Shown piece after piece: positions 1 to 6,594 of a stretch of 12,859 nt of DNA (position 1 is the stretch's first letter; every line of letters starts with the position of its first letter). The position numbers were made by a program, and so were the translations under genes. The notes under the pieces were generated by a model. It searched no databases and had not been told where the DNA came from. It was given only the letters and a program-made list of their open reading frames with translations. Source of the stretch: Archangium sp. (lineage in GTDB: Bacteria; Myxococcota; Myxococcia; Myxococcales; Myxococcaceae); NCBI GenBank assembly GCA_031367385.1, contig JANLPS010000523.1, forward strand, positions 1 through 12,859. Direction: 5' to 3'.

Positions 1-383
1 ATCGCCGCCGCCCGCCCGATGACGAACTGAAGCAACACGCCCATCTCGATGAGCCACCACACCTGCGCGAGCGCCCACTGCTCTCGCCAAGCGAACACGC
101 ACAACATCACCGGGCACATCGCACACACGACCACCTGCCACAGCTGCGCCGGCCCAGTCATCGTTCTGCGGGGTATGAAGGTGAGCAAGAACCCCGCGGC
201 AAAGCAGCCGAGAAACCCCTGCACCTGCGCCATCGAGTGAAAAATCGAGCGAAACGTGGGGTCGAGGCCGAGCGAGAAGAGCAGCCATTGCCCGACACCC
301 ACCACCGCCACCATCACCCCGAGTGGAAAAAGCAGCCGATACGGATCAGTCCGTAAGCCGGGCGCTTCGAGCGGGCGTATCAG
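1..383 (-). CDS. nnrS: NnrS-family membrane protein (NO response), 5' part only; continues beyond the left edge
   Basis: Not in the ORF track. Manual minus-strand translation gives ...LRTDPYRLLFPLGVMVAVVGVGQWLLFSLGLDPTFRSIFHSMAQVQGFLGCFAAGFLLTFIPRRT...EQWALAQVWWLIEMGVLLQFVIGRAAA, open to the window edge. This matches the NnrS N-terminal pattern (P[YF]RxxFxLG...H..(E/Q)..GF.....GFLLT..P). The denitrification context agrees. The start is uncertain: CTG at 383 or GTG at 413. Confidence 0.8.
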   Translation of the reverse strand, partial: MIRPLEAPGLRTDPYRLLFPLGVMVAVVGVGQWLLFSLGLDPTFRSIFHSMAQVQGFLGCFAAGFLLTFIPRRTMTGPAQLWQVVVCAMCPVMLCVFAWREQWALAQVWWLIEMGVLLQFVIGRAAA

Positions 384-1795
384 AGCTGACTCCGCAGCGA
401 GATGAAGGCCCACGCCGACGGGTTGACGCCTTTGCCAATCGTCGACCCCGCGGCAGGCTGCGCTCCGGCTCCCGGCAAGAACACGCCAGCCCCCCCGGCC
501 AGCGCCAGGTTCGCCAACAGCGGGAGCGTCGCTGAGAGATCGAGCTCCGTGCCGCGATCAGCGGTCAGCCGCAGCGGGTCGGCAGCGATGAACACCGAGC
601 CGTTCGCCGCGTACCAGGCGTCTTGCGGTGCCCACGCAGTGAAGTGGTGCACATCGAGCCAGACGTGCGCGCCCGCGGGCCGAAAGCCAATCGTGCCGCG
701 AAGGCCGACCACGTTCTGCCAGCCGACGTAGTCCATGAACCCGAGGTGGGTGTGCCCGGTGGGAAAGAGCTGATGAAACGTCGAGACGGTGGCGTCACCG
801 GGCGAAGCGTCTCCCGAGGCTCCAGAGGCCTCGAAGAGCAGGTACGGGAGGCCCCATGCGGCGAAGACCCAGGTCGCCTTGCCCGCGAACGCACCCGCGA
901 GCACAGTCGAGTGCCCGACCACGCCGGTTTGAAAGACGCCCTCGCCGACGAGGGCCAGCCGGCTCACGTTCGCAAAGGCGCGCAGGCCAACGGTCAGGCG
1001 ATTCGAGTCAGGCTTTGGGCCGACCGCCGCAGTGCCCGGGTCTTCAAGCAACCCAAGCGCATACACGTCGAAGCCCTTGGCCTCCCAGCGGGCGCGTGCC
1101 ACGGCGCCGGTGAAATAGCTGCCCGACATCATGAACCGGTTGCCACCAGCATCGGGGGTCACCCACGCGCTGGCCCTGAGCAGCATTCCAAAGACATCGA
1201 CGGTCAAGTGCTCAGAAGCCGTGACTCGGGCAAAGACTCCGTCGAAGGCGCGGGCTGACTGCGCCCAGTCGAGGCTGCCGATCAGCCGCTCTTCTCCATA
1301 CGAGAGCTCTTGCCGCCCGACTCGCACGTCGAGAAACGAGGTCGCGCGAAAATCGATGAAGCCCTGATGCAGCCCGGTATTCGGCGTGACCGTGGTCGTG
1401 CTCGGCTCGCTGCCCCAGCCACGTACGTCTTGCAGCTCAAGCAACACGCCCACCCGCTCGAACGCAGACCCTCTTACGGTCAATCGGGCCCGGTGCTCGA
1501 TGCCCACTGTGAGGTCTCCCGCCGGCGTCGAGAAGTCGGCGTTGTCGCGCAGCTCTCCGCGAGCGAAGTACTGCGCGCCGACACCGAGCGAGAGCCTGTG
1601 CCATGACCAGCGAAGCGGCCCTTCGCTCATTGAAGCCGCCATCGAATGAAAGACCTCGCCCGACGATCTTCGCCCTGGCCCCCACGGCGTCGATGAGACA
1701 TCGAACATCTCAACCGAGGGAACGCCTGCATCGACCTGCGCCAGACCTGCGGAGGCCCAGACGAGACTAATCGCCGTGAGCGCGTGCCATTTCAT
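380..1795 (-). CDS. Alginate-export (AlgE-like) family outer-membrane beta-barrel porin
   Basis: Signal peptide [20 protein letters not shown] from the ATG at 1795 (the track's start at 1813 adds 6 aa). Family motifs: [37 protein letters not shown]...RAFDG and [21 protein letters not shown]. Amphipathic beta-strand pattern throughout. Confidence 0.8.
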   Translation of the reverse strand: MKWHALTAISLVWASAGLAQVDAGVPSVEMFDVSSTPWGPGRRSSGEVFHSMAASMSEGPLRWSWHRLSLGVGAQYFARGELRDNADFSTPAGDLTVGIEHRARLTVRGSAFERVGVLLELQDVRGWGSEPSTTTVTPNTGLHQGFIDFRATSFLDVRVGRQELSYGEERLIGSLDWAQSARAFDGVFARVTASEHLTVDVFGMLLRASAWVTPDAGGNRFMMSGSYFTGAVARARWEAKGFDVYALGLLEDPGTAAVGPKPDSNRLTVGLRAFANVSRLALVGEGVFQTGVVGHSTVLAGAFAGKATWVFAAWGLPYLLFEASGASGDASPGDATVSTFHQLFPTGHTHLGFMDYVGWQNVVGLRGTIGFRPAGAHVWLDVHHFTAWAPQDAWYAANGSVFIAADPLRLTADRGTELDLSATLPLLANLALAGGAGVFLPGAGAQPAAGSTIGKGVNPSAWAFISLRSQL

Positions 1796-1854
1796 GCATC
1801 GCCCATCGTGCATCTGCCGAGCCGCGCAAGACCCGAGGTGGCTTCACCGGCTGT

Positions 1855-1871
1855 GGCGCAAAATCTGCGCC
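1855..1871. promoter_or_regulatory. Perfect inverted repeat GGCGCA-AAATC-TGCGCC; candidate sigma-54 enhancer-binding-protein site
   Basis: Seen directly. It is centred about 138 bp upstream of the predicted sigma-54 start site (about 2001), a typical activator-site distance. A degenerate copy GCCGCGCGATTTGCGCC (12/17 identical) lies at 1884-1900. Confidence 0.6.
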
Positions 1872-1901
1872 TCGTCGAAATCAGCCGCGCGATTTGCGCC
1901 C

Positions 1902-1915
1902 TTGCTCCACATCAA
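1902..1915. promoter_or_regulatory. FNR/DNR/NnrR-type (CRP-FNR family) box
   Basis: TTGCT-CCAC-ATCAA matches the consensus TTGAT-N4-ATCAA at 9 of 10 positions. It lies between divergent nitrite-reduction and NO-response genes. Confidence 0.6.
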
Positions 1916-1974
1916 CGTCTGGGGCTGCCCCGCGAATATCCACTCGTCAGGCGCAGAACAGGCGGAGTGTTCAT

Positions 1975-1990
1975 GGGCACGTGCGTTGCT
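1975..1990 (+). promoter_or_regulatory. Sigma-54 (-24/-12) promoter of the nirK operon
   Basis: GGGCACGTGCGTTGCT against the consensus TGGCACG-N4-TTGCW: GG at 1976-1977, exactly 10 nt, then GC at 1988-1989. The predicted start site near 2001 precedes the RBS GGAG (2019-2022) and the ATG at 2028. Confidence 0.7.
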
Positions 1991-2027
1991 GCACACACGC
2001 GCGTTGTCCCCTCTCATCGGAGTATTC

Positions 2028-3434
2028 ATGCTTCTCCCATTCATCTTGGCTCTCGCCGCCGCGGCCCTCCCCGAAGAGAGCGCGCAGTTGACCGAGCCAC
2101 CGCTCGTGCCACCGGTGATCACCCGCACCACTCCGGCGATGGTGACCGTCAACCTCGAGGTGATTGAGAAGGTGATGCAGCTCGCCGACGGCGTCGACTA
2201 CATGTTTTGGACGTTCGGCGGCACCGTGCCCGGCCGTTTCATTCGCGTGCGCGAGGGTGACACGGTCGAGTTCTGGCTCGCCAACAACCCGAACAACAAG
2301 CTGCCGCACAACATCGACCTGCACGCGGTCACCGGCCCCGGCGGAGGCGCAGCGAGCTCGTTCACGGCGCCAGGCCACAAGAGCAAGTTCAGCTTTCAGG
2401 TTCTGAACCCCGGCCTCTACGTCTACCACTGCGCCACCGCGCCGGTCGGCATGCACATCGCCAACGGTATGTACGGGTTGATCTACGTGCAGCCGAAGAA
2501 GGCGCTCCCGAAGGTCGACCACGAGTACTACGTGATGCAGGGCGATTTCTACACCGACGCAGACTTCGGCGTGAAAGGCCTGCAACCCTTCTCAATGCGC
2601 CGCGCCATCGATGAACGGCCTTCGTATGTCGTGTTCAACGGCAGCGCGCTCTCGCTGGTCGGCGACAAGGCCCTGAGCGCGAAGGTCGGTGAAACCATTC
2701 GCCTCTTCGTCGGCAACGGCGGGCCCAACATGGTCTCGAGCTTTCACGTCATCGGCGAGATCTTCGACCACGTCTACACCGAGGGCGGCAGCCGGGCGCA
2801 AGACAACCTGCAGACCACCCTGATCCCCGCTGGGGGGAGCGCGATCATCGAATTCTCGCTCAACACCGACGGCACGTACCTGCTCGTCGACCACTCGATT
2901 TTTCGCGCCTTCAACAAGGGCGCGCTGGCGCAGCTGAAGGTCGACGGAGCCAGCAACAAGGCGGTGTACTCAGGCAAGGAGCTCGACACGACCTACCTGG
3001 GTGACGAATCAGTCGCGACCTCGCTCAAGGCGTCGACGTCTCGCCAGGCTCCGCAAGCGGTGGTGGCCAACGACGGGCGCTCGCTGTTCACCAGAAATTG
3101 CTCGATGTGCCACCAGCCAGAAGGCCAAGGCCTCGCTGGCGTGTTTCCTCCATTGGCCAACAGCGACTTCTTGAACGAGATGGCGAATCATCGGCGCGGT
3201 GAGTTCGTGCAGTTCGTGCTGCGCGGCAAGACCGGCAAAATCACCGTCAACAGCGTCGATTACAACGGCGTGATGACGCCCGTGGCCGGCCTCGACGACG
3301 CGAAGCTCGCGACCGTGATGACCTGGGTGTCGAACACCTGGGGCAACAAGGCGCCACCGTACACCGAGAGCGAAGTGAAGGCGCTTCGCGAGGCCTTGCC
3401 GGCGACTCCTTCAACCGTGGGCGGGCACGAATAA
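2028..3434 (+). CDS. nirK: Copper-containing nitrite reductase with a C-terminal tethered cytochrome c domain (468 aa)
   Basis: ATG at 2028 after GGAG, with a Sec-type signal [13 protein letters not shown]. Copper-ligand and catalytic motifs [35 protein letters not shown] and [15 protein letters not shown] are intact. Heme motif CSMCH at 3099-3113, then [11 protein letters not shown] and a likely axial Met in YNGVMTP. The track's start at 1776 runs through the promoter region. Confidence 0.96.
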   Translation: MLLPFILALAAAALPEESAQLTEPPLVPPVITRTTPAMVTVNLEVIEKVMQLADGVDYMFWTFGGTVPGRFIRVREGDTVEFWLANNPNNKLPHNIDLHAVTGPGGGAASSFTAPGHKSKFSFQVLNPGLYVYHCATAPVGMHIANGMYGLIYVQPKKALPKVDHEYYVMQGDFYTDADFGVKGLQPFSMRRAIDERPSYVVFNGSALSLVGDKALSAKVGETIRLFVGNGGPNMVSSFHVIGEIFDHVYTEGGSRAQDNLQTTLIPAGGSAIIEFSLNTDGTYLLVDHSIFRAFNKGALAQLKVDGASNKAVYSGKELDTTYLGDESVATSLKASTSRQAPQAVVANDGRSLFTRNCSMCHQPEGQGLAGVFPPLANSDFLNEMANHRRGEFVQFVLRGKTGKITVNSVDYNGVMTPVAGLDDAKLATVMTWVSNTWGNKAPPYTESEVKALREALPATPSTVGGHE

Positions 3435-3435
3435 C

Positions 3436-4176
3436 ATGGGGCATCTGAGTGCCGCGCTGCTGCTGTCGGTGGCACAGCTTTCCGTGCACAGGGTGAGCGT
3501 GCCTGAAGGCCGGTTCGCGCCCCTCTTCGGCTTGGAGGCGAAGCAACGCGATCTCCCGGTTGCCCGTTTCGAGCTCGACGTGCGCCCGGTGAGTCGCGCG
3601 AGCTTCAATCGGTTTCTCGCCGCGATGCCAGTCTGGCGCCGCGACCGAATTGCGACTCAGCTCGCCGAAGAGCGCTACCTCGCTTCGTTCGAGCGCCTCA
3701 GCCCAGGCATGCCCGTCGTCGAGGTCTCGTACTTCGCCGCTCGCGCGTACTGCGCCTGGGCCGGGGGGCGGTTGCCCACCACGCTGGAGTGGGAGTACGC
3801 CGCCGCCGCCGACGAGACCCGCCGCGACGCCTCTTTGAGCCCCGACTTTGCGCAGCGCATTCTCGATTGGTACGCCGCGCCCTCGAGCCTCGAGGCCCTC
3901 GATGGCACGGGGAGCCCCGGCAACGTGTACGGAGTCGAGGCGCTCCACGGGTTGATTTGGGAGTGGACTGAAGATTTCAACGCGCAGCTGGCGATGAGCG
4001 ACAGCCGCCAAAGCGGTGAACGCAACACCAACTTCACCTGTGGCGGCGGGTCGAATGGGAGCGCCCGTCGCGAAGACTATGCCGCGTTCATGCGGTACGC
4101 GCTGCGTGCGAGCCTGACGCCGCGAGCGACGCTGACGAATCTTGGGTTTCGGTGTGCCGCGAAAGGGCCATCATGA
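3436..4176 (+). CDS. nirV: NirV-like protein of the FGE-sulfatase/SUMF1 domain family
   Basis: Motifs PVVEVSYFAARAYCAWAGGRLPTTLEWEYAA, NVYGVEALHGLIWEW and NLGFRCA are typical of the SUMF1/FGE fold. It starts 1 bp after the nirK stop, and nirV-type genes commonly follow nirK. The symbol rests on context. Confidence 0.85.
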   Translation: MGHLSAALLLSVAQLSVHRVSVPEGRFAPLFGLEAKQRDLPVARFELDVRPVSRASFNRFLAAMPVWRRDRIATQLAEERYLASFERLSPGMPVVEVSYFAARAYCAWAGGRLPTTLEWEYAAAADETRRDASLSPDFAQRILDWYAAPSSLEALDGTGSPGNVYGVEALHGLIWEWTEDFNAQLAMSDSRQSGERNTNFTCGGGSNGSARREDYAAFMRYALRASLTPRATLTNLGFRCAAKGPS

Positions 4177-4727
4177 GTGCTCGACTGCTGGTGCTGGGGT
4201 GTTTTCTGCAAACCGTGGCGGCCTTCGCCGAGCCGCCGCCCAACGTGCTCGCGATGGAGACCCAGTGGGCCGCGGAGAATGGGCAGCCCACCACGCTGGG
4301 GGCCTGGCGAGGGCGGCGCTACGTCTTGTCATTCGTCTACACGTCGTGCGCGAGCACCTGCCCGTTGACGACGCAGAAGCTCAAGCGGCTCGACGCGGCG
4401 TTGGCGAAGGCTGGCAAACCGCTCGACGTGGTGGTGGTGAGCCTCGACCCGACCCGCGATACGCCGAGCGCAGTGGCGCAGTACCGAGTGACGCATTCGC
4501 TGCAAAATGCGACTCGCTGGCATGTGCTGGTCGGTGACGAGCCGCAGCTGCGAACGGTGACCATGTTGCTGGGTTTTCGGTACGCGAAGAACGCAGAGTC
4601 AGGGGTCATTCTGCACGACAACACCGTGTACCTGATCGGCCCTGGCGGCGAGGTCGAGACCTCGATGTCATCACTCGACCAGACGATGACGCCCTTCGTC
4701 GATGCAGTGCCCAAGGGCAGGCTGTAA
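4173..4727 (+). CDS. SCO1/SenC family copper chaperone
   Basis: ATGA overlap with the upstream stop (4173-4176). N-terminal signal-like segment, CxxxC motif in FVYTSCASTCP, VSLDPTRDTP, and the conserved His in ILHDNTVYLIGPGG. Confidence 0.92.
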   Translation: MSARLLVLGCFLQTVAAFAEPPPNVLAMETQWAAENGQPTTLGAWRGRRYVLSFVYTSCASTCPLTTQKLKRLDAALAKAGKPLDVVVVSLDPTRDTPSAVAQYRVTHSLQNATRWHVLVGDEPQLRTVTMLLGFRYAKNAESGVILHDNTVYLIGPGGEVETSMSSLDQTMTPFVDAVPKGRL

Positions 4728-4733
4728 CGTCGT

Positions 4734-5720
4734 TCAGGGAGCGTCGAACCCCGGCCCCAATGTCGGCCGCATCGAGGTGCGAACGGCCTCGGTCAGGTCA
4801 CCAAAGTCTTTCGCGAAGACGTGCGCATTCGTCTGGCCCCCAGGCCACGGAAAATGAGAGCCCGCCCACCGGCCGGGCAGAATTTCGAGATCGGCCCACT
4901 CCGGCACCGACAGCTCAGCAGTGCCCTCGGCGACCTTCATCGGGAGCGCGGTGGCCGTCTCGCACCACGCCTTCACTTTCGCAGGCAGTGGGCGGTTCGC
5001 GCGCTGCAGCGTCCACGGCTCGGCGGTGGTGCCGGCAGAAATCGCCCGGTGGGTGACCGCGCGCCAATCGTCGAAGCCGATCTTCGAGCTCCACCAGAGC
5101 CCATCGACCGACTGCATCGCTTCACGACCCACGGGTTTGCTCACCGCTTTGAGCCGCGCGAGCGCCCGTTGAATCCAAATCTCGGCGAGCGTGTTCCACT
5201 CGTCGCGTGAGGCCAGTCGCTGCCCTGACAAGATGGCGCCGGCGAGCCGAATGCCCAAGGCGTTCGAGTACAGGTCTTCAGGCGTGAAGGCCGAGACCTT
5301 CTCAGAGAGCCCCGGCACGCTCTGATCTCCGTAGTAGGTCGCCACCTCGTGCCAGATTGAGAGACGAAAGGCCGCCCACTCCGCGATCTGACGAGCGATT
5401 TCCCAGCGAGAGAGCTTCTGCATCAGCGCCGCGGGCAACTGCTTGATGTGAAGCATGCGCTTGCTGTTGTCGCCGTCGATCTCGACGACCATCGGGCCCG
5501 GCAGCTGCGCTGCGATGCGGTAGAAGAGGTAGAGCGTCAGGTCCATGTTGTCGCGAACGTGGGCGATGTCGATGAACCCGCCGCGGCAGGTGTAGACCAG
5601 GCCGTTGGCCTCTGAGGCTGAGAGCTTGGTGAGGTCGGTGTCGACGGTGATGGCTCCAGAGTCGTAGTGGTGCGCACCCAGCTCGGTCGGGCCCAAAATG
5701 TTCTCGACCGAGAAGTAGTG
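4734..5720 (-). pseudogene. DUF4056-like protein, apparently 5'-truncated at about 5720
   Basis: Motifs LGAHHYD, NGLVYTCRGGFIDIAHVRD and WHEVATYYGDQSVPGLSEKVSAFTPEDLYSNALG match DUF4056 as I recall it. The frame stays open to 5852, but 5721-5852 is the antisense of the beta-helix gene. The signal/lipoprotein segment and the RPCCAFG-type N-terminal motif I associate with the family are absent. Confidence 0.7.
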
Positions 5721-6579
5721 GCTCACCGTGAACGCGGGCCCGAACAAGAACATCACCGCGCGCAACAACACCTTCGTCGGCCAAGCGGTGATCAACGTCG
5801 GCAACAACGGCAACGCGAACATTTTGATCGACGGCAACAGCTTCGACGCCATCGACGTGTGCGAGAATTGCTACGAGGGCCGGCTCGAGGTCATCGCCAA
5901 CCCGCCGAGCGACAACACCTCGGGCGTCACCATCAGCCACAACCACTTCGGCGGCCCCGGTGAGTCAGACGGCATTCAAATCGGCACCAAGGGCGTCATC
6001 GTCGGGCCCGGCAACGTCTTCGACGGCATCGTGCAGGCGAACTACGGCCGCCACGTCGACTCGATTCAGCTCTACGGAGCGACCTTCACCACCATCACCG
6101 GCAACCTCTTCATCAACGACAACGTGTGCATCATGGCGCCCGACGGCGGCGACACCGAGACCATCACCAATAACATCTTCGTCGGCGGCGATTATCGACC
6201 GGCGTTGCAGTTCGGCAGCCACGTGAACGACTCGTTCATTCACAACACCGTCTTCAACATCAGCGTGAACTTCAACAAGAAGACCGAGAACACCGAGAAG
6301 AGCCAGAACGCGGTGGTGCGCAACAACTTGATGGTGAACGCCGACTTCAACACCGCCGACTCGAACCGCCTCGAGAGCTGCGTCAACTGCAGCTTCGACC
6401 ACAACGCTTTCTCGGCCGCGGGCGACCAGAGCGGTACCAACGTCACCATCGGCATGCCGACGTTCGTGGGCGGTTCGACACCGGCGACCTGGGCGGGCTT
6501 CGCGCTCACGCCGACTTCAGTGGGGCACGGCGCCGCGACCGATGGCAGCGACTTGGGCGCGACGTTCTTCGGGCCCTGA
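5719..6579 (+). CDS. Right-handed parallel beta-helix (pectin-lyase-like fold) protein, apparently lacking its N-terminus
   Basis: Asn/Gly/Ile-rich coils (NITARNNTF, NILIDGNSF, GVTISHNHF, TTITGNLF, ETITNNIF, AVVRNNL), ESDGIQIG and HVDSIQLYG motifs, and the C-terminal FALTPTSVGHGAATDGSDLGA. Codons strongly prefer C at the third position. An in-frame TAG lies at 5716-5718. The first GTG (5728) has no RBS or signal peptide and begins mid-repeat. Confidence 0.75.
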   Translation, partial: WLTVNAGPNKNITARNNTFVGQAVINVGNNGNANILIDGNSFDAIDVCENCYEGRLEVIANPPSDNTSGVTISHNHFGGPGESDGIQIGTKGVIVGPGNVFDGIVQANYGRHVDSIQLYGATFTTITGNLFINDNVCIMAPDGGDTETITNNIFVGGDYRPALQFGSHVNDSFIHNTVFNISVNFNKKTENTEKSQNAVVRNNLMVNADFNTADSNRLESCVNCSFDHNAFSAAGDQSGTNVTIGMPTFVGGSTPATWAGFALTPTSVGHGAATDGSDLGATFFGP

Positions 6580-6594
6580 CGTACCCTTCGCTTC

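Noticed and set aside
1776..2027. 84-aa N-terminal extension of NirK in the ORF track
   Set aside because: It overlaps the porin start and the promoter elements. The ATG at 2028 has an RBS and is followed by a signal peptide.
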